This document shows positions 9,391-18,982 of a DNA stretch of 64,000 bases, piece by piece (the stretch's first letter is position 1; each line of letters opens with the position of its first letter). The position numbers and the translations under genes were made by a program. Under the pieces are notes generated by a model that did no database searches, was not told the origin of the DNA, and saw nothing but the letters and a program-made list of their open reading frames with translations. Source of the stretch: a virus. Location of the stretch: positions 85,935 through 149,934 of IMG/VR virus record IMGVR_UViG_3300029922_000015; one strand, given 5' to 3'.

Positions 9391-9633
9391 ATGGCACGTA
9401 TTGTTAAACTCGCAGTTCACGACACCGATTCTTACCCTTCTCAGAAGGTTAAGTCGAAGATCGGTAAGACCCTCCTTAAGGGAGCGCAGACCGTCTTTGT
9501 TACCCGCAAAGACCTCGCTACCGTCTTGAAGAGCGGTGCCTTCAAGAAGGCTCCTAAGACCGAAGCGTTCCTTAAGGAACTCAAGGCTTCTGCAAAGAAG
9601 AACGGTGCTTACCACATCAAGCTTTCTGTCTAA
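9391..9633 (+). CDS. small Lys-rich protein
   Basis: 80 aa; own promoter (TTGACA 9319) and terminator; AAG/C-ending codon bias suggests high expression. Confidence 0.75.
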   Translation: MARIVKLAVHDTDSYPSQKVKSKIGKTLLKGAQTVFVTRKDLATVLKSGAFKKAPKTEAFLKELKASAKKNGAYHIKLSV

Positions 9634-9661
9634 TTGACAGATTGTTTGTAAGGTGAACCTT

Positions 9662-9700
9662 AAAAGAGAGTCAACTGATAAAACGGTTGGCTCTCTTTTT
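9662..9700 (+). terminator. rho-independent terminator
   Basis: gagagtcaactg/cggttggctctc stem followed by TTTTT. Confidence 0.85.
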
Positions 9701-9716
9701 CCTTTAGTAGAAGGCT

Positions 9717-10385
9717 ATGAATAAAAGCTCTAAAATAGATCGGGTGGGGGTTGAATTAGAAGGAGGCTGGAAGCAAAACCGCCCTCAACAAAAGCACATG
9801 CATGGCGATAGTTCGGTGGAAATACCGAATTATGAGGAATTTTGTTACGATGAGGATGGGGATTTTGATATGTGCGGCGAAATAGCTAGCTCCCCATTTG
9901 CTAGTTTGCATCATCTTTCTAGATGGATTCGCGAATCTTATCCCGATACAACAAACGCTTCATGCGGTTTGCATATTCATATTAGTACCAAAAAGCAAGA
10001 AGACTATGCGCTGCTTATGCATAAGAAATTTTATAATATATTCCTTGTCGCAATGGAAAAATGGGGACAACGGCATTGTTCCTCTAGATCGAGCGAGGAT
10101 CGTTCCTTTTGGGCTCGTTTTAAAGGAAATAATGATTTTTGCGTAAGAGAACATTATCCTATCAGCCAAATTAAAGGTCAAGATGATAAATATACCCAAT
10201 TAAATTTTTGCTCATGGCGAGAACATCGGACATTAGAATGTCGTTTGTTTCCAGCTTTTAAAACGGTGGATAAGAGTATTTCGGGCACGGCTTTCTTTAT
10301 AAGACTTGTCGATAATTATCTTCGGACAATGAAACCTAACGATTACACAAAAAAATACTTGCAAATTATTAATCCTAGAGTATAA
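9717..10385 (+). CDS. putative amidoligase 2
   Basis: GVELEG, HGDSSV, GEIAS, CGLHIH, KYTQLN, TLECR. Confidence 0.85.
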   Translation: MNKSSKIDRVGVELEGGWKQNRPQQKHMHGDSSVEIPNYEEFCYDEDGDFDMCGEIASSPFASLHHLSRWIRESYPDTTNASCGLHIHISTKKQEDYALLMHKKFYNIFLVAMEKWGQRHCSSRSSEDRSFWARFKGNNDFCVREHYPISQIKGQDDKYTQLNFCSWREHRTLECRLFPAFKTVDKSISGTAFFIRLVDNYLRTMKPNDYTKKYLQIINPRV

Positions 10386-10780
10386 TGAGTTGGATGAAAT
10401 ATCTAAACGAGAACGAAGACGAGATGATCGCCCGTTTATTGGACGAATCTATAGATAACGGATTCGAACATCCTCAGTATGCTTTTGAAGTAGAAGACGA
10501 AACGGATTTTCAAACAATTTTTCAAAATGCGTCCGATGAGACAATTATCGATGGGGAATATACTGTCATTGAAGATTCGGATGAAATAGAAATTTCGCCC
10601 GATATGGATTTAAGGCCGGAAAGAGAACGGCATCGTTGTAAACTTAAACTAGGGAAGATACCTTATAATGTGGCTTGGACTAACGGGTTCTATCATAAAA
10701 GAGGAGGGAAAATCCTTTACAAAAAGGGCTCCCGTATGCGAAAAGCTTTCGAAGCGGGTAGAAGCGCGGGGAGCCAATAG
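10385..10780 (+). CDS. hypothetical protein (acidic N-terminus, basic C-terminus)
   Basis: 131 aa, overlaps the stop of amidoligase 2. Confidence 0.65.
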   Translation: MSWMKYLNENEDEMIARLLDESIDNGFEHPQYAFEVEDETDFQTIFQNASDETIIDGEYTVIEDSDEIEISPDMDLRPERERHRCKLKLGKIPYNVAWTNGFYHKRGGKILYKKGSRMRKAFEAGRSAGSQ

Positions 10781-10860
10781 ATATCGTATTCATTACGATA
10801 ATAAGAAGAAAAAGAAGGAAGATCGTTTTCTTGAAATGAATTTTCTACTAAAAAATCCCC

Positions 10861-11103
10861 ATGTCGCCAAAAATTTTATTTGATAATACTAAAGACGTGG
10901 AAGCTATTTCCACCAAACTTTTAGAGCCAAGTTCTGATGATTTAAAATTCATGGCTTCGAGATTTTCTAAAGAACAATGGGAAATCCTTTGCGCTTCTTC
11001 TAATTTCATGGATATGCTTTATAATGATTTTAATCGTTCTCGGTTTTTGGCTGAAAAAATCCTAGCGGGAAGAGGAGACACGATAAACGCGCAAAATAAA
11101 TGA
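10861..11103 (+). CDS. hypothetical protein
   Basis: 80-aa ORF. Confidence 0.6.
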   Translation: MSPKILFDNTKDVEAISTKLLEPSSDDLKFMASRFSKEQWEILCASSNFMDMLYNDFNRSRFLAEKILAGRGDTINAQNK

Positions 11104-11537
11104 AGTCTTTTAATATTATTCCCGTTTCTCTATTTTCCCTCTATTGTGATTATCTTTGCAATTGGAGTGAGGGCCATTTATGTCGGGCGACGATAGAATA
11201 TATTAACTTGACTTGTTCTGATTATGCAATCGGCTATGCGGCTCACGACGAAACGGGGCCAGTTTCGATTTCTATAGCCTCCAAAACCTTTCCTTTCGCC
11301 GCCATCGCTACCAGACCGGATAAAAGAGGCCAAGGGCTTGCTAAAAAGGTTCTAAAACAAACGATTAATCACTTTCGTTTAGCTGGTTTGGTTTATGAAA
11401 CTTGGGTAGCGGCGGATAATCCTAGTTCTATTGTCTTGTTAGAAAGCGTGGGCTTGAGAAAAGTAAGAGAAGAGACGAAAAACCGGAGAAGTACCGGAGA
11501 ATATTTAGCTTTTAAATATTCTTCAAAAAACACTTGA
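11100..11537 (+). CDS. GNAT family acetyltransferase
   Basis: Motif A IATRPDKRGQGLAKKVL; VAADNPSSIVLLESVGL. Confidence 0.85.
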   Translation: MKSFNIIPVSLFSLYCDYLCNWSEGHLCRATIEYINLTCSDYAIGYAAHDETGPVSISIASKTFPFAAIATRPDKRGQGLAKKVLKQTINHFRLAGLVYETWVAADNPSSIVLLESVGLRKVREETKNRRSTGEYLAFKYSSKNT

Positions 11538-11595
11538 CTTTTGGTTAAAGATGAGTTATTATGTATTCGAACAATAAAGGCGTAAATAAAATATT

Positions 11596-11796
11596 ATGAG
11601 AAGTCGCGAAATTAAAATGAATGCTCTCTATGATTGCGAGGGGGTTATCTGCCGAGCTAAGAAGCAATTGAAGAATGGGCGTTTTTTGGTGACTCACCAT
11701 AAGTCGTTTCATTCTATTGTTGAGCCTGTCAAGCTAAAGCGTATAGGTGCAAAACGTATCCAGTCTTATTTGAGAGAAGTCGGAGTAGATATTTAA
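11596..11796 (+). CDS. hypothetical protein
   Basis: 66 aa, promoter at 11535. Confidence 0.6.
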   Translation: MRSREIKMNALYDCEGVICRAKKQLKNGRFLVTHHKSFHSIVEPVKLKRIGAKRIQSYLREVGVDI

Positions 11797-11873
11797 TTTG
11801 TTAGTTAGCAAACTAACTGGTGGAGGCGGCGGGTTGACTCGCTCCTAGATGGGCTGCGCATATCTAAAACGCA

Positions 11874-12143
11874 ATGGAACGAATAATTAAACCTTCTCAT
11901 GGAACTTACAGGGGATGTCCTATGTATCGGTTCTACGGAGACTATGTAAAAGGTCGTTGGATAGGCAGATATACTCGTCTTTATCCACAAGCTCTTGAGT
12001 CAATGCCTAACATTTATTTTCTTCCCGAAGTCGTTATTAAAGGTATTGCTATTTGTTGGCCGTTTATAAAAGAAAACGGGGACAACTATACTCCCCTTAG
12101 ATATGTAGAACCAAAAAATTCTATTTCTCTGTCTCCTAAATGA
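11874..12143 (+). CDS. hypothetical protein (FYG...W-P family)
   Basis: Paralogous to 12140..12427 (FYGD...WP...PL.Y). Confidence 0.65.
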   Translation: MERIIKPSHGTYRGCPMYRFYGDYVKGRWIGRYTRLYPQALESMPNIYFLPEVVIKGIAICWPFIKENGDNYTPLRYVEPKNSISLSPK

Positions 12144-12427
12144 CTTTAACAAAGCTATTTATTAAACCCCGGCGGATACCTTTACAAATGCATATCCATA
12201 ATTTCTATGGAGATTTGGATAAGGGTTATTTTAAGCTTTATGAACGATATTTTTGCAAATCGTTTGCTTTAGAAAGAGAAGCGGAAGGATTTCGTTCGAT
12301 TGTTTGGAAAATAGTTCCAATGGAGTTTAGAAATAATCCTAATTTAATTTTAGCGTGGCCTTATCACAGAGATAAGCGAGGTAATTTTATTCCTTTACAA
12401 TATTGCGAAACGATAATTAGTGCTTGA
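12140..12427 (+). CDS. hypothetical protein (FYG...W-P family)
   Basis: Paralogous to 11874..12143. Confidence 0.65.
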   Translation: MTLTKLFIKPRRIPLQMHIHNFYGDLDKGYFKLYERYFCKSFALEREAEGFRSIVWKIVPMEFRNNPNLILAWPYHRDKRGNFIPLQYCETIISA

Positions 12428-12458
12428 CACGCGACGAATCCTTTGATAACATATTTTT

Positions 12459-12935
12459 ATGCGATATATTGCCGACGTTCAGTATAAGTATGATCCGATT
12501 ACTAATAAGGCGTCACTTTATCTTTATTCTCCGACAATAGCGGCGATGTATGAAGAAATCGGTTTCGACACTCGCAACTACGAGTCGGAAAGATATGAGC
12601 TTTTAGAATCTCTTTCTGCTTATTTAGTTAGAGGAATTTCAATTGAAAATGAACATCGATTCGAGCGGCGCGGCACGAAATACACAGTTTTTACGCAAAA
12701 ATGCGCTAATTGTAATCTTTTGATTGAGTGTGATGGGGGATGGGGAGTAAATATTTCCCATATTCGAGGAGTTCTTATTGGTAAGGGTTTCAGTTATAAA
12801 ATAAAGCCATTGCCCGTTGCGAAAACGGAAGCGGTTTTGATAGCTTATAGCGAAGGGGTTCGCGAGTATTATCGCGCTCTTAAAAGCCATTTAGATTTAA
12901 AAAGAAAATACGATAAAGTTCTTGACAAAGAATAA
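12459..12935 (+). CDS. hypothetical protein, divergent member of the amidoligase-partner family
   Basis: 158 aa; weak similarity to 7386 and 12958 in the C-terminal half; promoter 12424. Confidence 0.55.
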   Translation: MRYIADVQYKYDPITNKASLYLYSPTIAAMYEEIGFDTRNYESERYELLESLSAYLVRGISIENEHRFERRGTKYTVFTQKCANCNLLIECDGGWGVNISHIRGVLIGKGFSYKIKPLPVAKTEAVLIAYSEGVREYYRALKSHLDLKRKYDKVLDKE

Positions 12936-12957
12936 AACATAGAATAAGATCATAACA

Positions 12958-13476
12958 ATGAGTAATAGCACTTTCGAGATTAAACGGACTCCCGATGGAA
13001 CGTTGATTACGATTCAAGCCCCATCCGTGGAAAGAATTTTTCGATCCCTCGCTCGCGAAGCCCGAAATCCTCTGGCCCTAAGCGGAATCAATGTCGATTG
13101 CTGGTGGGGCGATCAAACCGACCGATTCGTTCGTAACATGAGCGAAATTTTTGTTCACGAAGCGACCGTTTTGAATAAAAGTAAAACGGGGGTGAAAGAG
13201 GAAGATTTGGTAGTTCCTACTTGTCGTTCTGATTATCTTTTTCAAAATAATAATGTCGGGGTTCGTTTACTAATGAGCCGAGGCATCTCTGAGAAAAAGC
13301 AATTTTTGATTCCCGGCATGTTTTCTACCGATACCATTCAAAAGGTGGCGTTGGGTTATAAAAAGGCCATGAGCTATCTTATTAAGGAAGCGGGTAAAGA
13401 AGTTGTTTATAAGTTTCAAATTGCTGAGCCCGATGACGCCGAAAAGACTCAGGTTCTTGAATTCACTAATATCTAA
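12958..13476 (+). CDS. amidoligase-associated hypothetical protein (partner family, copy 2)
   Basis: Paralogue of 7386..7886; stop overlaps the start of amidoligase 3. Confidence 0.7.
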   Translation: MSNSTFEIKRTPDGTLITIQAPSVERIFRSLAREARNPLALSGINVDCWWGDQTDRFVRNMSEIFVHEATVLNKSKTGVKEEDLVVPTCRSDYLFQNNNVGVRLLMSRGISEKKQFLIPGMFSTDTIQKVALGYKKAMSYLIKEAGKEVVYKFQIAEPDDAEKTQVLEFTNI

Positions 13477-14186
13477 TGTTTCGTCATATCTCTAAAATTG
13501 GCCTTGAAATAGAAGGCGGATGGTTTACGGATAAGCGTCCCGTTGATTTTAAGCACGATAGTAGTGTGCGTTTTCATCGCCGAGACTTTAAAGTAAGAGG
13601 AAAAGAACAAACGCGCCGAATTGATTTGGGCGAAGTAGCTTCCCGTCCTTTGGAATCAATCGCGGAGTGTGCTAATTGGATTAAGACTTATTGGCCCGAC
13701 AAGAAAAATGGAACGTGTGGCTTTCACATTCATATTTCGTTGAAGAATAAACTTCTTTATTCGTATTTGATGGACAAAGAATTCAATGAAGCTTTTTTGC
13801 ATTCCGCGCTTATGTTTGGACGAGCCCATAGGATGTCTCGCGATTTTTTCCATCGTTTAGAGGGTAAGAATCGTTATTGTAAGAAAATGTTTAAGCCGGA
13901 AGAACAATTGTACTTTCAGCATAATCACCAATATACCGAAAACAATCCTCGCTACGCTCAATTAAATTATTGTTTTTCGACTCATGGAACGGTTGAAAAT
14001 CGTCTTCCTACAGGAGCAATGCCGAAGGGAAAAGCTATTCGCACAGTAGAATGGTATGTAGATTTGGTAGAATCTTACCTTGATAAAAAAGAAGATAAGC
14101 CTATTTTGGTTCAAGTCGAAGGGTCTGACGAAGAAACCGAAGAAATAGACTTGACAAACTATGAATTTGGAGTAAATAAATCTTGA
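13476..14186 (+). CDS. putative amidoligase 3
   Basis: GLEIEG, HDSSV, GEVAS, CGFHIH, RYAQLN, GTVENR; closest to amidoligase 1. Confidence 0.85.
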   Translation: MFRHISKIGLEIEGGWFTDKRPVDFKHDSSVRFHRRDFKVRGKEQTRRIDLGEVASRPLESIAECANWIKTYWPDKKNGTCGFHIHISLKNKLLYSYLMDKEFNEAFLHSALMFGRAHRMSRDFFHRLEGKNRYCKKMFKPEEQLYFQHNHQYTENNPRYAQLNYCFSTHGTVENRLPTGAMPKGKAIRTVEWYVDLVESYLDKKEDKPILVQVEGSDEETEEIDLTNYEFGVNKS

Positions 14187-14231
14187 CAAATTTTGGATTT
14201 TGGCTTATACTGTAGGAGAACTAAAAAATAT

Positions 14232-15047
14232 ATGTGTTTGATAATTGCAAGTAGAACTGGTCGTCCGAAAGAGGAATATATCCGAAACGGATTCGCGAAT
14301 CATCCCGATGGAACTGGTATCGCGTGGTTCGAAAAAGACGGCGTTCATTATAAAAAGGGCTTGACCGTCGAAGAAACGATTACAATGTCCAAGGAATTGC
14401 CCGTTGGATACGTCATTCATTTTAGATGGGCGTCCGTAGGCGGAAAGGATAAGTCTTTGATCCACCCCTTTCCGATTTCAAAAGATGTTATTTTGCGTCC
14501 CGAAGGAACAGCGAAGTCTGTTTTGTTTCATAACGGTCATTGGGATAGTTGGAATAATGTTTTAGTTAATCACCTTTCATCCCGTTTGGTTTTGCCCACT
14601 GGAAAATGGAGCGATACGCGGGCGATTGCCTTTCTTGTATCTATTCACGGTACTCCATTCCTAAATTTGCTAGACGTTGGCAAGTTTATTGTGATGGCGA
14701 ATGGGAAGCAGTACGCTTTCGGAGATTTTCAGGAAGAAGATGGGGTTTATTACTCTAACAGTTCTCACAAAAATTTTATCCGAGGGGGTTGCGGAACTGG
14801 ATTGAACAATGGAACTTCGCGAGTCGGTACGGCATACGAGCCGATTACGCCTCGATCAACCAGACCGCCAATTTCTCAGCCGTCTCAACCTTTGTTAGGT
14901 GATACCCAAAGAATTACTCCACAAAGTAAGGTGGGCGCGGAAGAGCGCCGCGTTCTATCGGCGGAAGAGTTTCAAGAGCTTCGCGAATATTTTGAAAAGG
15001 ATTTAAATAGTAATCCTATTTCCGTTTCCGCGACAGGGGGAGCTTAA
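14232..15047 (+). CDS. class II glutamine amidotransferase with disordered C-terminal tail
   Basis: Start at ATG 14232 gives an N-terminal Cys (MCLIIAS); NHPDGTGIAW, HFRWASVG, HPF, FHNG, SDT. Confidence 0.9.
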   Translation: MCLIIASRTGRPKEEYIRNGFANHPDGTGIAWFEKDGVHYKKGLTVEETITMSKELPVGYVIHFRWASVGGKDKSLIHPFPISKDVILRPEGTAKSVLFHNGHWDSWNNVLVNHLSSRLVLPTGKWSDTRAIAFLVSIHGTPFLNLLDVGKFIVMANGKQYAFGDFQEEDGVYYSNSSHKNFIRGGCGTGLNNGTSRVGTAYEPITPRSTRPPISQPSQPLLGDTQRITPQSKVGAEERRVLSAEEFQELREYFEKDLNSNPISVSATGGA

Positions 15048-15232
15048 TGGATAAGGACACGATTCAATATATAGAGGGCAAGCACGAATCATTTAAAGAT
15101 ATGTTTAGCATACTTAAGTTTATTCATAATTTGCAGGATAACGATATCAAGATTATTAATAGTGACGCCGAGGAACTTAATAAAGAGCGGCTGGAAAAAG
15201 TTCTAGATCGAGCGCAGGAATTTATGCCTTAA

Positions 15233-15540
15233 TGTGTTTATCATATATAAGGTTTAAAACAGGAGACAACAAAGGAGTTTATTCTAATAGAAGGGCAAAG
15301 CGAGACTTTAAAACAAGTCAATGAAGATGAGGACGTGGGAGCGAAACTCCATCGTATAAAAAATCCGTCTCTGGATACTCGTTTAGACCTTTGAAGGATT
15401 GAATGCCCTAGTGGGGCGCGAGCTTGCAACATAGTTCGGGCTTTTTAATACACGGAAAAGTAAAGAATTTTCGAAAGGAAAAACTGACAAATTGTTTCGC
15501 TTGTAGTGATACAAGAAAGCGTAGCAACGCGAAAAAAATT
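15233..15540 (+). ncRNA. candidate structured ncRNA/leader
   Basis: ORF-free on the coding strand; long-range stems aaggtttaaa/tttagacctt and ggagac/gtctct; three-way-junction motif at the 3' end. Confidence 0.45.
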
Positions 15541-15541
15541 T

Positions 15542-15931
15542 ATGTCTAGAAGACCAACGAGAAGAATCGCGGCTAGACCGATTAAACGAAGAAAAAAGAT
15601 TGTGGCAAATACAAGCGATCCCTATGGATTTGGTTTTGATCCCTTTAAAGCGGGAATTATAGAACATATTCCTATTAAACCAGTCGAGAGAAAGGTAAAA
15701 CAAGAGGACTTATTTGAATCTGATGGATTTAGATTTTATCTGGAGATTGTAATAACATCTCCCTTTAATGATCCTTTTAGTTCGCCCCCGCATGAATATT
15801 ATGTTGAAGAAATCGCTACGAAAAATCGAGTCGCGCTACCGATAGCTCTTAAAATCGGAGAGATTGAAGGAGTGGATATTCCAGTTAGAATGTTTGACTG
15901 GATTCACGAGTACGATGAAAGCTTGGATTAA
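15542..15931 (+). CDS. hypothetical protein with Arg-rich N-terminus
   Basis: ATG 15542 (MSRRPTRRIAARPIKRRKK). Confidence 0.65.
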   Translation: MSRRPTRRIAARPIKRRKKIVANTSDPYGFGFDPFKAGIIEHIPIKPVERKVKQEDLFESDGFRFYLEIVITSPFNDPFSSPPHEYYVEEIATKNRVALPIALKIGEIEGVDIPVRMFDWIHEYDESLD

Positions 15932-15934
15932 TTT

Positions 15935-16264
15935 ATGATCATAGAAAAACTATTGCCTATTACCCACGTTGGCTGGGATTACTTGAACAAAGCTAAGGAT
16001 TTTATTTTTTATAGGGTTCATTTTACCAGAGAATTCGGCCCTTGGCACGATAAAGAATTCTGTGCTGAAATTCACTTTTTGCTATCCGAAGGGCGAATTG
16101 AAGAATACAACGCTCAAGGCGGTCTAATTAAGAAATGTAATATTGGCATTCATCCTATTGTAGAGCAACCGAAAGTAGTTAGTCCTCCGGTGATAATTGA
16201 TAATCACGCTAATGCGATGGAGGGAATTTCCGAAAGCGAAATGCAAGCTCAAATGGGAGTATAA
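15935..16264 (+). CDS. hypothetical protein
   Basis: 109-aa ORF. Confidence 0.65.
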   Translation: MIIEKLLPITHVGWDYLNKAKDFIFYRVHFTREFGPWHDKEFCAEIHFLLSEGRIEEYNAQGGLIKKCNIGIHPIVEQPKVVSPPVIIDNHANAMEGISESEMQAQMGV

Positions 16265-16696
16265 AGATTTTAGGCTAGGCTCGAAACTAATTTGTTTCTT
16301 TACGGAAAAAGAAGGCGATTTAGAACTAGAGCCTCTACCTATGGAAAGAGAGTGACAAAGATTATTGCCTTGGAAACAAGGATAGGAGTATTCTGGATCA
16401 TATTCTTCATTATGAAGATACCAGATATGCCGAAAGTAAGCACAAATCACTCTGCGGCGTTGGCCGAAATGCGCGCCAGAACCTCGCGCGAAAAGTTAAC
16501 TGATAATGAAGAAAATCCAAGATATAATTGATCTTTTCGATTTGTATGGAATATCAGAGGAAGAACTAGAACATTATGTTTATAAAATGTGCCGAACGGC
16601 GTTGCACGCTCTTCCTCCTAATGGGGTGGATTATATTTATAAGCGATCCGATCATATTTTGAGGTATTTGATTTACGACAGGATACGATATTTAAA

Positions 16697-17059
16697 ATGA
16701 AACTAAAGTTATATATTCAAAAATATGGAAACGGAGTCGCGATTGGAATGCAAGGTCATAAGCCGGATATCGAAAGACAATGTAATTCTTACTTTAACCA
16801 CAAAGTAACGAACTGCGATCCTATTTGGATGAGTGATAAATTCGCCTACATCATTACAACCGAAGATTTGTTGATGCGCGGATTGATATCTTGTGCTATG
16901 CTATCTTTACAAGGAACGAGGGCGGCGCTTCGAGTTATTCGGGGCGGCGAGCGAATCTCGCTACTTCCATTGTTGGCCGAACAAAAAGCCCTTAACCAAC
17001 TTAAGAGAAATTTCACAAACGAAACGTTTCTAAACGAATTAGAACTATGCCACAATTAG
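16697..17059 (+). CDS. hypothetical protein, paralogue of 55637..56056
   Basis: Shared GN...G....E...N...N......P.W....F.Y....T.....RGL pattern. Confidence 0.65.
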   Translation: MKLKLYIQKYGNGVAIGMQGHKPDIERQCNSYFNHKVTNCDPIWMSDKFAYIITTEDLLMRGLISCAMLSLQGTRAALRVIRGGERISLLPLLAEQKALNQLKRNFTNETFLNELELCHN

Positions 17060-17370
17060 AAGAATATCAAGCGACCTTGCAGGATTATTTGGGAACTCCC
17101 GAAGAGATTCAGCAACTTGATCTTCGCGCGGGTTCTCCTTACGTTCGTAATGGCAAATTTTACGGAGTCTATCGTGGGGGCGTTTGGGGTTATTGCGATC
17201 CAAAGGATGAGCTAGCGCCGTGGAAGTTCCTTGGCGGCGCTCCTCATTTGTTTCGCTTAGAGAAGACGAGTATTATCGTTTGGTATCGGTTTGTTTTCAA
17301 ATCTTCCAATCGATATCTTTATCTGCCTAAGTTTGACGGGCATAAACTTACTTTTATTTTTGATGTCTAA
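17047..17370 (+). CDS. hypothetical protein (tandem triplet 1)
   Basis: KFYGVYRGG...WYRFVF...LPKFDGHKL. Confidence 0.65.
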   Translation: MPQLEEYQATLQDYLGTPEEIQQLDLRAGSPYVRNGKFYGVYRGGVWGYCDPKDELAPWKFLGGAPHLFRLEKTSIIVWYRFVFKSSNRYLYLPKFDGHKLTFIFDV

Positions 17371-17587
17371 TGAATTGCCAAAATGGTATGGATCGTCTAG
17401 GGGAAAATGGTATTTCCCTTCAGAAACCGGCATGATTGTTCCTTTTGATTTTCCCGAAGGCTTAATGAAAGAAGACGAGTCGGGCGTAATTGATTGGTAT
17501 CATTTTATATTCAATTGTACGAAGGAGGGAATTCTTTTGCCAATATACGGAGGGCGCAAATTAATTTGGAAGGGTTGGGATAATTAA
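17363..17587 (+). CDS. hypothetical protein (tandem triplet 2)
   Basis: ATG 17363; KWYGSSRGK...WYHFIF...LPIYGGRKL. Confidence 0.6.
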   Translation: MSNELPKWYGSSRGKWYFPSETGMIVPFDFPEGLMKEDESGVIDWYHFIFNCTKEGILLPIYGGRKLIWKGWDN

Positions 17588-17857
17588 ATGAGGGATTTCG
17601 CTTTTACTATTAAAGACGATAAGGATCGTTTTAAGTTTTACGGGGTCGATGAACGGCGCGGTTCAACTCATGCTTGGTTCGAGTGGTATCCCGAAACAAA
17701 CACTTATAATTATTTTGGAACTTATTGGACGCTTCGAAAAGCTGACGAAGTTAACGAAATACTTTGGACTCCTCTTCTTTTGTCCTCGGGGCGTTCGATA
17801 CACATTCCTATGACCCCTTATTGTGAATTGAAGTGGTGGAAGCTTAGTCAACCTTAA
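17588..17857 (+). CDS. hypothetical protein (tandem triplet 3)
   Basis: KFYGVDERRG...ILWTPL...IPM. Confidence 0.6.
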   Translation: MRDFAFTIKDDKDRFKFYGVDERRGSTHAWFEWYPETNTYNYFGTYWTLRKADEVNEILWTPLLLSSGRSIHIPMTPYCELKWWKLSQP

Positions 17858-17863
17858 ATATTT

Positions 17864-18019
17864 ATGGCAAATAGAAATAGTATGGCGATGGCACAAATTC
17901 ATCGCAAACGAACAAAGGGCCAACGAGTTGATTCTCGCTTTGGTTCTAAAACAAACAAAAACAAACGCGCAAAAGACTATAATGCGGTCTTTCGTAAGTC
18001 TCAAAGTGGAGGCGGTTAA
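17864..18019 (+). CDS. 51-aa basic peptide ending in SQSGGG
   Basis: Manual translation MANRNSMAMAQIHRKRTKGQRVDSRFGSKTNKNKRAKDYNAVFRKSQSGGG; fills the gap between genes. Confidence 0.55.
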   Translation: MANRNSMAMAQIHRKRTKGQRVDSRFGSKTNKNKRAKDYNAVFRKSQSGGG

Positions 18020-18073
18020 AATATTTTACAAAAATAGCTTGACGGGCCGCGAATCTAATGTTATCTTTGTTGT

Positions 18074-18310
18074 ATGAAGAATACATCACAGTCAGTTCAA
18101 TCGGGTAAGGGTCAGTCGTCTAAGCCGGGTCGGGGTCGTCCTTTGAAGTACAAGGTGTTCGCGACTCTCGGCATCGGCCAATTTCGTCTCTTCCCTATGA
18201 AGGTGCGAAATAACGTTGTCACGAGCGCTTACCTTTTTGCCAAGCGCCACGGTCTGACGTTCAAGGCTAATAACCTCGAAAAGACGGTTAAGATCACCCG
18301 CATGGCTTAA
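18074..18310 (+). CDS. small basic DNA-binding protein (GRGRP AT-hook-like)
   Basis: KPGRGRPLKY; promoter 18039 and a downstream terminator. Confidence 0.65.
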   Translation: MKNTSQSVQSGKGQSSKPGRGRPLKYKVFATLGIGQFRLFPMKVRNNVVTSAYLFAKRHGLTFKANNLEKTVKITRMA

Positions 18311-18325
18311 TAAGCCAAATTGAAT

Positions 18326-18365
18326 GGGATAGGGAGACAGAAAAACCTCCCTATCCTAATTTGTT
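18326..18365 (+). terminator. probable terminator hairpin
   Basis: gggatagggag/ctccctatcct stem. Confidence 0.65.
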
Positions 18366-18795
18366 ATGGATCAAGATTTATATCAAGAATTGTTAGAGAA
18401 AACAAAGCGTGGGCTAGATTACGGCAAAATTAAGTCTCTTAAGATGTCTTTGCGGAATCCTTTGCCTAAAGGAGTTGAGGCGGTTCGTATTAACTATTAT
18501 ACTGAATATGATTCTCCTTATATGAGCGGCTCGGAATAAGAAAACAAACAATGAAAACAATCAAAGAATCGGCTATGGATTTGGCCGAGCATCTACATTT
18601 TATTAATTCGGCGACTACGTTCTCCGTTGGCGCGTCCGATAATTCGTTGCACGTTTATATTCACGCCGATGAAGGAACTCCCTTTTATTGTACTACTGTT
18701 TATGACAAGTATCCTGTTTTGACTCATTTTATCGGCGCGGTTAATCCTGTAAAAAGTTCTTGACTTTTATGTGAACTCGTACTATACTCGTAATT

Positions 18796-18978
18796 ATGAA
18801 AGATTCTTGGAAACAGTCCACGGTAATTGAACCCGATCCCGGCTTTAAAGAGCTTTGTAACGATCCTTCACACAATCCGCCTAATATGATTGTGATTCCT
18901 CGCGGGCATCGTATGGTTCATACTTGTCCATCTTGCGGACAAAAATCGATTTTTTATCCTACTTGCGTAACACTTTAA
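18796..18978 (+). CDS. small zinc-ribbon protein
   Basis: CNDPSH...HTCPSCG. Confidence 0.6.
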   Translation: MKDSWKQSTVIEPDPGFKELCNDPSHNPPNMIVIPRGHRMVHTCPSCGQKSIFYPTCVTL

Positions 18979-18982
18979 TTTT

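Noticed and set aside
15320-15535. Hammerhead or c-di-GMP riboswitch
   Set aside because: No CUGAnGA core with a matching GAAA/UH; helices are too short and lack the GGCAAAC/receptor elements
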